Source: a virus (Duplodnaviria > Caudoviricetes). Taken from it: 64,000 bases of DNA. The stretch's first letter is position 1, and each line of letters opens with the position of its first letter. Below, piece by piece: positions 35,995 through 43,646 of the stretch. Made by a program: the position numbers and the translations under genes. A model generated the notes under the pieces. That model made no database searches. It was not told where the DNA came from and worked only from the letters and a program-made list of their open reading frames with translations. The stretch is taken from positions 10,014-74,013 of the IMG/VR virus record IMGVR_UViG_3300033547_000001, one strand, 5' to 3'.

Positions 35995-37119
35995 CTAGAT
36001 GCCGAGCATGCTCGCGACGGCGAAAGTCTGCCGAAGCACGGTCCCCATGCTGCCGCCGGTGATCTTCTGTTTCCAAGAAGACAGGTCGGGGATGAGGCGG
36101 TGGGTCCGCATCTTTTCGTTGAATGCGCAGAACCCGGTCTGCTGGCCGCGCACGCTGGTGCAGATCAGCTGCATGAAGTTGCCGCCGAGCACGCCCTGGG
36201 GGTTCGCGGTGGACTGCGCCTGATACTGGATCGCGTCGACGATGCGAAGGTTCGGGATCTGCTTCAGCAGGTCGCTAACGTTCACGTCGAACGAGTTGGT
36301 CGCAGTGATCGCGAACTTCGATGTCGGCGCCAGTGCCAGGACGAACGGGGATTCCTGGTTGATGTTGCCGCCCGACTGCACGATCAACTGGATTACCAGC
36401 GACTGGATGTCCAGGTAGATCTCGTTCGGCGTCGCCGTGATGACGCCGTTCGTGATCCACAGGTTGTTGCCGAACGATTTCGGCCCTGGGATGAGCGATG
36501 CGGTCAGGTTCGGGTCGTTGAGAAGGCCGTAGTTCTGCAGCCCCTTGACGCCAAAGAAGTAGATCTGGTTCTGGTAGCGGTTGAGCGCCCACGCGGCCGC
36601 CGCGTTGAGCTCGCTGACCCAGTTGATCTTCGCCAGGCCGGCGACGGCCAGTTCCTTCTCGCCGTAGCCAAGGATGGTCTGGAACAGGTACGGCTGCCTC
36701 TGGGGAAATCCGATGTTGGTGCTGACCATCCCGCTGGTCGAATAATCGTCGTAGCTCGAGACCTGGCCGGTATGCTCGGCGACCGGGAAGATGACGGTCG
36801 ACAGCGTCCAGTCGCCCTTCTTGACCTCGCCGAGGATCTCCGCCGCTTTCAGGGGCGAGAACAGGATCTCGTAGATCGTCGGGTCGATCATGGTCGACAG
36901 CATTACGGGGATGCCGGTGTTCTGCGTGGTGGTCAGCAGCGGCTGGGCGTCCTGCGCCATGTAGGGCGCCAGGCCCTGGTCCATGGCGAGGTCCCAGTCG
37001 TGCTTCCACCCCTCGGGGATGTACATGCGGGCGTTCTCGAACAACGCTCCGTTCTTCTCGTAGCGCGGCTTGTCGGCCATGAACTGAGAGCGCGCTTCCT
37101 GTACGTTCGTGCTGAACAT
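35995..37119 (-). CDS. Major capsid protein (DUF2184/HK97-fold)
   Basis: AMDQ/AQDAQP..NTGIP, KKGDWT, SYDDYS, N.IYFFGV.GLQNYGLLNDPNL, WKQK..GG. Confidence 0.9.
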   Translation of the reverse strand: MFSTNVQEARSQFMADKPRYEKNGALFENARMYIPEGWKHDWDLAMDQGLAPYMAQDAQPLLTTTQNTGIPVMLSTMIDPTIYEILFSPLKAAEILGEVKKGDWTLSTVIFPVAEHTGQVSSYDDYSTSGMVSTNIGFPQRQPYLFQTILGYGEKELAVAGLAKINWVSELNAAAAWALNRYQNQIYFFGVKGLQNYGLLNDPNLTASLIPGPKSFGNNLWITNGVITATPNEIYLDIQSLVIQLIVQSGGNINQESPFVLALAPTSKFAITATNSFDVNVSDLLKQIPNLRIVDAIQYQAQSTANPQGVLGGNFMQLICTSVRGQQTGFCAFNEKMRTHRLIPDLSSWKQKITGGSMGTVLRQTFAVASMLGI

Positions 37120-37134
37120 CGGTGTGTGCCTTTC

Positions 37135-37168
37135 AAAACAAAAAAGGCGCTCACGAGGAGGCGCCCTT
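37135..37168 (-). terminator. Terminator-like hairpin immediately upstream of the capsid gene
   Basis: GGCGC-CTCCTCGTGA-GCGCC followed by TTTTTTGTTTT on the minus strand. Confidence 0.5.
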
Positions 37169-37232
37169 GGGGGTTGGTGATGGGTGGTGGTGCTGGTGAT
37201 CGCGGAAGTAGAGGCCGCGAGCCTCTACGCCG

Positions 37233-38201
37233 TTACGGGATGTCGGTGATCTTGACGAGCTCGCCGACCGCGGCGGCGTTGCGCGCGGTCCACTTCGTGG
37301 CAAAGTTCGCAGCCGCGGTGATAGTCGTCGACGTGACCGTCTGGGTCGGATCGACGACATAGGTGCCCGCTCCACCAGTGGTGCCGGTGAGCTGCTGATA
37401 GAGGGTCGTGGTGACGGTGATGCCGGTGCCGGTCAGGGTCTGCCCCGCATTGAACGTGCCGGTGATGGTGCCGCCGGCTGTGAATACCCCATAGGTGCCG
37501 CTCACCGCAGTCGATGCGGCGGACTGCTCGGGAATGCTCAGCGTGTAACGGCCGAGGCCATTCAGCGCCTCGCCGGCCAAGAGCGGCGTGAGCTGGCTCA
37601 CGATCTTGCTGCCGGTCGAGATGCCGGTGCCGCTGATCGTGGCGCCAGGATAGATGTTGCCGGTCAGGCCCGATGCGGCCGTAAGGATGTCGCCGGCGAC
37701 CGAGCCGGTGACCGAGAATGTGGCCGCAGCGATCGACGACGCCGTGCCGGAAGCAGTCAGAGCAGCGAACGAGACCGATCCATCGGCGAAGTTGGCGTAA
37801 GCCGTCTGACCGAATGCAACGGCAGCCGTCCCGTTGTTCTTCACCCAAAGATCTACCTTGTTGTAGACCGCGATCTGGAAGCCGCTCTGGATGTAGAACA
37901 CGGACTCGGCGAGATACTGCGTGATGATGCCCTGCTGCTTGCGCGAGACCAGGCCGGCGGGCTGGCCGGAGCCGAACGTGTTGACGGTGCCAGGCGCGTT
38001 GACGTCGTCGGTCGACTGGTAGGTCACCCACGCGAAGCGGCCGACGACCGCGCCGGGGACAGAGACACCGGCGATTACGCCGGCGCCCGAGATCAGGGCG
38101 CCCTCGCCCGCCATCACGGTGCCGCGCGGATTGTACGACGCGAAGTCGCCCTCGATGCCAGGCGCTTGCGTGGTGTTGACCTGGGACTGGATGTTCGTCA
38201 T
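37233..38201 (-). CDS. Capsid decoration/cement protein with inserted modules
   Basis: PGIEGDFASYNPR, VGRFAW, G..AYANFADG, WTAR....GELVKIT. Confidence 0.8.
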   Translation of the reverse strand: MTNIQSQVNTTQAPGIEGDFASYNPRGTVMAGEGALISGAGVIAGVSVPGAVVGRFAWVTYQSTDDVNAPGTVNTFGSGQPAGLVSRKQQGIITQYLAESVFYIQSGFQIAVYNKVDLWVKNNGTAAVAFGQTAYANFADGSVSFAALTASGTASSIAAATFSVTGSVAGDILTAASGLTGNIYPGATISGTGISTGSKIVSQLTPLLAGEALNGLGRYTLSIPEQSAASTAVSGTYGVFTAGGTITGTFNAGQTLTGTGITVTTTLYQQLTGTTGGAGTYVVDPTQTVTSTTITAAANFATKWTARNAAAVGELVKITDIP

Positions 38202-38287
38202 CTAAATTTCTCCTGTGGGTTGGTTTGCTAGGGAGGGGTTGCGCGAAGACCCCTCCCCGCGTCGCGAGGAGGAGGCCGCCTTGATGT

Positions 38288-39202
38288 TTACGCGCTGCCG
38301 ATGCGGTCGAGGTTCTTGGCGATGTTGGGAAGACGCTTGGCGAAGTCGGCCTTGCTGCCGGCGCCGCCGCTGCTATCCATCGCGATCGTGGTGTTGCGCT
38401 TGCCGCTGTCGGGGGACGACAGATTGTCGAACATGAACTTCAGCGCGTCGGCCTTCACGCCGGCGAGCGGCTTGGTGTCCTTGCCCGCTGCCTGGATGGC
38501 GTGGAGATAGACGCCCTCGACGCTGTCGAATGCCATGCTTGAGAGTTCGCCCACTCGGGGTCGGACGTGATCCTTGGCAGCGTAGATCGCCTGCTGGAGC
38601 TCGCGCTCCTGCTTGATAGCTGCCTGCACCTTCTTGTCGGTCGCTGCGTCCATGGCCTTCTTGTCCTCCTTCTCAGCCTCATCCTTGGCCTTCTTGTCGC
38701 GCGCGCCGGCGCTGGGCTTCTCGTCCTTCGCCTTCTTGTCCTTGGCCTTCTTGTCTTTCGAGAATTCCAGCTTTTTCTTATCTTCGTCATCCGGATCGCC
38801 GTCTTCAGCGGTCTCCTCGACGTCCTCATCCTCGGCGGATTCGGACTCGTTGTCCTCGTCCTCTTCGTTCTTGTCCTCGTCCTCGGCCGTCTTCTCCTTG
38901 TCCTTCGGCGGCCATTCGTCTTCCGCCTTGGGCATTCCGCCTTCGATCATGTCGAGCACCGCGTCGAGGCCTGCCTTGATGCTGCCATCCTGGGCGAACT
39001 TCGGCTGCAGTTTGCCCTTGACGAGCTCCCGCACGTAAGCGGCCAGGACCGGCCGCTTCGCCTTCCAATTGCTCGCGCGGATGTTGCGCAGTCCCTTCGT
39101 CAGATCGATGCTCGCGTCCATCGCAAGCATGGGCTGCAGGTGCGCCATCAGCGCGCCATAGGCGATGCTGGCGGTAGAGGACATCAGAACTCTTTTGGTC
39201 AT
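38288..39202 (-). CDS. Nested in-frame scaffolding protein
   Basis: AAGGAGG eight nt upstream of an in-frame ATG (MTKRVL), right after the DUF2213 VVVGD end; acidic/Lys-rich. Confidence 0.65.
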   Translation of the reverse strand: MTKRVLMSSTASIAYGALMAHLQPMLAMDASIDLTKGLRNIRASNWKAKRPVLAAYVRELVKGKLQPKFAQDGSIKAGLDAVLDMIEGGMPKAEDEWPPKDKEKTAEDEDKNEEDEDNESESAEDEDVEETAEDGDPDDEDKKKLEFSKDKKAKDKKAKDEKPSAGARDKKAKDEAEKEDKKAMDAATDKKVQAAIKQERELQQAIYAAKDHVRPRVGELSSMAFDSVEGVYLHAIQAAGKDTKPLAGVKADALKFMFDNLSSPDSGKRNTTIAMDSSGGAGSKADFAKRLPNIAKNLDRIGSA

Positions 39203-40861
39203 GGTAAAAGCCTCCTTCGGGATGAGTGGGTTTTTGGAATCGCCTACAACTACGTCCGGACCAGCCCTACCGTCGGAAACCAGGGCGACGTGATTTCCAA
39301 CGATGTCTCGCATCACTCCGTCATAGCGAGTGCCGTTATAGGAGCCTGGAGTCATGTCGGCGCGGTAGCGGTACGCGCTCGATAGCTCTTTCTTCTTCTC
39401 GCTCTTAACCGCCTTGATGCCTTTGTCGGCCCAAATGACGAGGCTGTTCTTCAGGTAGGTCCCGTCGAACTCTGCGTCCGTTCCGGTCGAGCCGATCACG
39501 TGCTCGGGCTTGTGGTCCGCAGCACTAACCGGGACGTGCTCATCGAGCACCGGTTTGTTGTTGAACGTGCTGGCCGCCTTCTTGAGCTCATCCGGGTCCC
39601 GAAACAGGTAGTAAATCTTGTCGGCCGTGAGCCCCAGCGTCTTCCACTGTGGGATCTCGTCGCCGCGGTACGGGTTGACCGCGGCCTTGCTGATATTGCT
39701 GACCTCGACGTGCAGGTGGCCGTCGGGGCTCTCGGTCCGGTTCCCCTTCGCAGGCGCAGCATAGTCGAACGCCAGGCCGTGCCGGTCGATCATCAGGCCG
39801 AACGGCGCCCGGTCGAGCGCCAGCAGCTCGTCCATAGCGCCCATCCCGGGCTTCATGGGCGCGTGCGTCATGGCGGCGACGCCCGAACCCCCACACGCCG
39901 AGCACATGTCACCGTGGACGTTCCCAGCCCCGCCGCAGGCCCCACAGAGGCCGTCCTGGGCGTGCTTGAGCTTCTTGGCGCTCCCGACGATCGGCGGGAA
40001 CCCGGAGTTGGCCGCGGTGGTAGCCTGGACCTGGTCCTGCGCGTGCCGAGGTTTCTTGCCGGTGCTCTTGATCCCGCGGATGCGAAATGCGCCGTCCCCG
40101 TCGATGAAGAACTTCTTCTCGTGGTCTGAATCACCGGGGTCGACCACCACGTCGAATGAGTGCCCGATCGACGAGGTCTCCTGCAGGTGCGCCAGCAGGC
40201 GCTTGAGCTGGTTCTCGTCGTCGTCGAGGTCGATGACGATCTGCTCGTCCTTGGCGATCTCCTCGCCGCGCGCCCAGCCCGCGAAGTTCTTGTGCAGCGT
40301 CGCCCAGTCCTCTTCACTCATGTCGTCGGTGGCGCCGAGGTCCGTGCTCAGGCGCTCCTTGACCGCGGGGTGGATCGGCGACGGCAGTTCGTGCAGCCCG
40401 AACCAGCCGGCGCCGGTGTGCTCGTTGTTCAGCTTCGGCGAGAACTTCTCGGCGACCGGCTTCGCGAAGGTGTGGAACGTCTTGCCCGTGGGGGTCGACC
40501 GACGATCCATCAGCCGCTTCGGCCCCTGCGGCGAGGTGTTGCCGAGCTCCTCGGCGTTCTCCCGATCGGCCGCCTCCTCGGCGCTCTCGCCCGGATCCCC
40601 ATTGCCGCCCGGGAGCGACCAGTGGCCCGCGAAGTTCTCCTCCTTGGCTGACCTGCGCAGCAGCAGGACGTGCCCGTCCGGGGCGACGTGCACCGTGCCG
40701 GCGACTATAGCTCCCTTGGGCAGCACTCGCGCGTCAGGCATCTCGCCGTTTTCGTCGGCCGCGACGAACTCCTCGCCCACGGCCTTCGGGATCCCTAGGC
40801 GCGACTTTCCCTCCGCGGCGGCATACATCGCGCGCTTTTGCCGTGGTGTTTTGGCTGGCAT
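38288..40861 (-). CDS. Polyprotein: NUDIX + small domains + DUF2213 prohead protease + scaffold
   Basis: GGNGDPGESAEEAADRENAEELG NUDIX box; CxxCxGxG x2; NISKAAVNPYRGDEIP, KELSSAYRY, NHVALV..GRAGPDV.VGD. Confidence 0.88.
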   Translation of the reverse strand: MPAKTPRQKRAMYAAAEGKSRLGIPKAVGEEFVAADENGEMPDARVLPKGAIVAGTVHVAPDGHVLLLRRSAKEENFAGHWSLPGGNGDPGESAEEAADRENAEELGNTSPQGPKRLMDRRSTPTGKTFHTFAKPVAEKFSPKLNNEHTGAGWFGLHELPSPIHPAVKERLSTDLGATDDMSEEDWATLHKNFAGWARGEEIAKDEQIVIDLDDDENQLKRLLAHLQETSSIGHSFDVVVDPGDSDHEKKFFIDGDGAFRIRGIKSTGKKPRHAQDQVQATTAANSGFPPIVGSAKKLKHAQDGLCGACGGAGNVHGDMCSACGGSGVAAMTHAPMKPGMGAMDELLALDRAPFGLMIDRHGLAFDYAAPAKGNRTESPDGHLHVEVSNISKAAVNPYRGDEIPQWKTLGLTADKIYYLFRDPDELKKAASTFNNKPVLDEHVPVSAADHKPEHVIGSTGTDAEFDGTYLKNSLVIWADKGIKAVKSEKKKELSSAYRYRADMTPGSYNGTRYDGVMRDIVGNHVALVSDGRAGPDVVVGDSKNPLIPKEAFTMTKRVLMSSTASIAYGALMAHLQPMLAMDASIDLTKGLRNIRASNWKAKRPVLAAYVRELVKGKLQPKFAQDGSIKAGLDAVLDMIEGGMPKAEDEWPPKDKEKTAEDEDKNEEDEDNESESAEDEDVEETAEDGDPDDEDKKKLEFSKDKKAKDKKAKDEKPSAGARDKKAKDEAEKEDKKAMDAATDKKVQAAIKQERELQQAIYAAKDHVRPRVGELSSMAFDSVEGVYLHAIQAAGKDTKPLAGVKADALKFMFDNLSSPDSGKRNTTIAMDSSGGAGSKADFAKRLPNIAKNLDRIGSA

Positions 40862-40865
40862 GGTG

Positions 40866-41171
40866 TCAGCGCATCTCGCCGCTGGTGATGAAACCATGCC
40901 AGAGGCCGCCGGCGCTCCCGTCGATCGACGGCATCACGGTCAGCGTCGCGAAATCCGCCGCTTCGATCCCGCCGGCGATCGACCACGCGATGCCGGGCTT
41001 GCAGCTCTGGACGTGGTCGGTGTCGAATAGCTCCCACTGGTCCCGAGTCGACGGCGAGGGGATGGCGAAGCAGCTCTGGCGCCACTTCGGGTCAGCGGGG
41101 CTCACGAAGGTGAAGCCGACGCGCCGGCCGTCCTTCATGATCCACTTCGGGTCGAGGTCGAGAAGCTTCAT
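40866..41171 (-). CDS. DUF6527-like protein (copy A)
   Basis: W..AG..TLTVMPSID...WHGFITSG; GAGG RBS. Confidence 0.6.
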   Translation of the reverse strand: MKLLDLDPKWIMKDGRRVGFTFVSPADPKWRQSCFAIPSPSTRDQWELFDTDHVQSCKPGIAWSIAGGIEAADFATLTVMPSIDGSAGGLWHGFITSGEMR

Positions 41172-41185
41172 AAGGGCCACCTCTC

Positions 41186-41218
41186 AAAAGAAAAAGGCCC
41201 CAGTTTCCTGAGGCCTTT
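41186..41218 (-). terminator. Intrinsic terminator
   Basis: AAAGGCCTCAG-GAAA-CTGGGGCCTTT followed by TTCTTTT. Confidence 0.75.
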
Positions 41219-41524
41219 CCTCGTCTGGCAGACTTTGTCGCCAGACCTTCATTGAGGGCATTCGCCCTCCTGAAAATGTACGCTCCCTCATTATCGCTCG
41301 CGAAGCGATGTCCCTGGAACGTTACTCGGCGGGACCGACGACCCAGGCTGCAGGCTCTGGTAGGGAGAATTCTATAGTTGGCGGATCCTGAGAAATCAAT
41401 CGTTGGCGTCACGAACACCGAAGGCTACCCGCTTCAGGCAGGTCGACTGCCGATTTAACGACCACTCCGACCTCTGGATCCGGACCCTCTATGCCGTCTA
41501 GCCGGGCGTCCCCGGCCGCTCAAC

Positions 41525-41752
41525 TTATCCCTTTGGCTGTGGAATATCTTCTTCAGGAACCGCTTCTTCCTTGACCTCGAACGACGCGATTGCCGGGTGG
41601 AAGAGGTGAAACGAATATTCGCCGGACGGATTCGGCGATCCCTCATAATTGCCCTCGACGACGATGGTCTCCGACCTGTCGCCCTCGGCATCCACTTGCA
41701 CGACTTTGGCGCGGTAGCGACCGTTGACATGGATCTTCACGGTGGTGGTCAT
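41525..41752 (-). CDS. Small beta-rich hypothetical protein
   Basis: 75 aa, protein-like composition. Confidence 0.65.
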   Translation of the reverse strand: MTTTVKIHVNGRYRAKVVQVDAEGDRSETIVVEGNYEGSPNPSGEYSFHLFHPAIASFEVKEEAVPEEDIPQPKG

Positions 41753-41777
41753 GGAAAGATTCCCCTTGGGTTGAGAG

Positions 41778-41975
41778 CTACGCGTCGCCGCGCTTCAGCA
41801 TCTCGGCTACTTGGCCCACAGTGAGGTCCTCGTCAAGGGGTCCCACGCAGTCGTCGCATGGCTTCTGCGCCTTGCGATACTTGTTGCGCGCACAGCCCTT
41901 GCCCTCGCCCCTGCACGCCCAAAGCCGAAACTCGCCGCTGGTGTGCTTCGCCAGGACCAAGCTGAGATCAGCCAT
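41778..41975 (-). CDS. Small Cys-containing protein (MADLSLVL...)
   Basis: TGATG coupling to GNAT; C..C..CDDC. Confidence 0.6.
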   Translation of the reverse strand: MADLSLVLAKHTSGEFRLWACRGEGKGCARNKYRKAQKPCDDCVGPLDEDLTVGQVAEMLKRGDA

Positions 41976-42409
41976 CACCCGACCTCGAACGTGACCGTGA
42001 TGCAGGTCTCGCGCCCGCCGTGCTTCGCGGCGATCTCGCGCATCGCCGCATTCCGCGGATGCGTGCCGAGCATGATCCTCGGCGCCTTGATCTCCGCGGC
42101 CTTCTCGACCGCCGCGGCGAACAGCGCCGTGTATACGCCGCGCCCCCTGAACTCGGGGATGGTGTAGGCCTGCAGCAGGAACACGGTCTTGGTGTGCTCC
42201 AGGAAGTCGTAGGTCAGCACTCCGACCGGGATCTTCTCCTGGCCGTTCCGCGCGATCGCGATGAAGGCCTTGAAGTTCCACCCCATATTCAGTACGCCGC
42301 CGGGCTCCCCGAGCCCGCGTTCGTCGACGTCGAGCCATCCCATCACCGAGAGCCGTGCCGCGGGCGTGCCGTTCAACCCGTCGACGTGCTGGATCTCGAT
42401 GTTCGTCAT
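41975..42409 (-). CDS. GNAT acetyltransferase
   Basis: AYTIPEFRGRGVYTALF acetyl-CoA motif A; N.AMR..A.KHG. Confidence 0.85.
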   Translation of the reverse strand: MTNIEIQHVDGLNGTPAARLSVMGWLDVDERGLGEPGGVLNMGWNFKAFIAIARNGQEKIPVGVLTYDFLEHTKTVFLLQAYTIPEFRGRGVYTALFAAAVEKAAEIKAPRIMLGTHPRNAAMREIAAKHGGRETCITVTFEVG

Positions 42410-42621
42410 AGTTGGTCACTCAAGAATACGGCCAGGACCGTCTCGCCGATACGATCCACCCGGCAATATCCCTCGCTCGCCAGTCGCTCGATCATTCTCG
42501 AGTCGACAGAAGAGAATGCAGAATGGCTGCTGTAGAGGCGACCGTCTTCGTGCCGCATCAACTCGCCGTACTTCTTGAGGATAGCGATCGCGTTTTTGTC
42601 CTGGCCGCTTAGCTTGCTCAC
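42406..42621 (-). CDS. Small hypothetical protein (MSKLSGQD...), winged-helix-like
   Basis: GTGA and ATGA-type coupling on both sides. Confidence 0.5.
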   Translation of the reverse strand: MSKLSGQDKNAIAILKKYGELMRHEDGRLYSSHSAFSSVDSRMIERLASEGYCRVDRIGETVLAVFLSDQL

Positions 42622-42839
42622 GGCTGCTTCGGCCGCAGCACGATCTCGTAGCCGAGCGTCTCGGCTAACCTCGCGAGCGTGCGAAGCGTCGGGCTTCGCT
42701 TGCCGAGCTCGACGTCGATCAGGCTCGTTCTGCCGAGGCCGGAACGCCGTGACAACTCGTCGAGCGTGAAACCCCATGCCCTGCGAACGCTGCGCAGCTC
42801 GGTTACGACTTCGTGCGTGCCTTGCTCTGGTAGGAACAT
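42618..42839 (-). CDS. XRE/HipB-like HTH protein
   Basis: LRSVRRAWGFTLDELSRRSGLGRTSLIDVELGKRSPTLRTLARLAETLG. Confidence 0.88.
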   Translation of the reverse strand: MFLPEQGTHEVVTELRSVRRAWGFTLDELSRRSGLGRTSLIDVELGKRSPTLRTLARLAETLGYEIVLRPKQP

Positions 42840-43165
42840 CAGGTCCTCGTTCTGGCGACCTCAGGCTCGTCCGTCTTAGCCACCGTCACGCACCTACCAC
42901 GCTCGATGTAACCGTGCCAGCACCTGCCGCAGTTGACCGAGGGGCTGAAGGTCGGCGCATCCCTGTTGCCGTCCCAGTCCCATTGCGCGCTACCGCCGTT
43001 CTTGCCCTGCGGATCCCTCGGCTGGCCGGTCTTGCCGGCGATGATCAGGTTGCCGCAGCGCCTATCGTGCATCGGGCAGTTGAAGCTGAACACCTCCTCC
43101 TTGCCCGGCTCCGCGTCCCTGTCGCCGACCTCGAGCAACTTGAAACGAACCTTCGCGTCGCTCAC
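42839..43165 (-). CDS. DUF6527-like protein (copy B)
   Basis: CP..CG, WDWDGNRDAPTFSPSV, CWHGYIERG. Confidence 0.7.
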   Translation of the reverse strand: MSDAKVRFKLLEVGDRDAEPGKEEVFSFNCPMHDRRCGNLIIAGKTGQPRDPQGKNGGSAQWDWDGNRDAPTFSPSVNCGRCWHGYIERGRCVTVAKTDEPEVARTRT

Positions 43166-43338
43166 TTACTCAGCTCCTTGGCGATCTGAGTGCAAGCTTC
43201 GCGCGCCCTTTTGGCGCGAGAATATGCCGCTCTCATCTCCTCGACGTCTGCGATCGCAGCGAGATGGGTGACCGCCTGCTTGAACGCCTCGTCGAACGCG
43301 TCGAGCGCGGTATCGAGTTCGGTGGGGCGATCGCTCAC
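43162..43338 (-). CDS. 58-aa helical protein (MSDRPTELDTAL...)
   Basis: GTGA coupling at both ends; not in ORF track. Confidence 0.55.
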   Translation of the reverse strand: MSDRPTELDTALDAFDEAFKQAVTHLAAIADVEEMRAAYSRAKRAREACTQIAKELSK

Positions 43339-43646
43339 GAGAAGTCCTCGCCCTTGTCGACTGGTATCGGCGGCATGGCCACGATGTCCGATCGGCCATG
43401 CCAGCTGTCCGCGCAGAACTGGATCATGCCGTCGGTGATGAAGTAGTGGCAGACCACCTCAACACCAACCACTTCGGCCCCCATGGCGACGAACGTCTGC
43501 TTGAAGCTCGGCGTGAACAGCGGCCGCGCGAAGTTGCCGTTGAACTGCCAGCTGTCAGGCAGCGGGTGCAGGCGCTCGCACGCCGGGCACCAGTGATGCC
43601 AGCCGCCAACTGAAGCGCGAACGATGAGCGGATCGGCCTGTTTCAT
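43335..43646 (-). CDS. DUF6527-like protein (copy C)
   Basis: CPAC...H, WQFNGN..PLFTPSF, CHYFITDG.IQFCAD..H. Confidence 0.7.
   Translation of the reverse strand: MKQADPLIVRASVGGWHHWCPACERLHPLPDSWQFNGNFARPLFTPSFKQTFVAMGAEVVGVEVVCHYFITDGMIQFCADSWHGRSDIVAMPPIPVDKGEDFS

Noticed and set aside
41210-41225. RNase P-like GAGGAAAG
   Set aside because: Runs directly into a terminator; none of the downstream RNase P core is present
41310-41340. Twister-ribozyme-like string CGGTCCC-GCCG-AGTAA...AGGG
   Set aside because: The catalytic GAGGG reads CAGGG and the UAA cleavage-site strand is missing
41405-41470. Pistol-like GTTAAAT junction
   Set aside because: No P1 stem or pseudoknot partner upstream, and P3 pairs poorly
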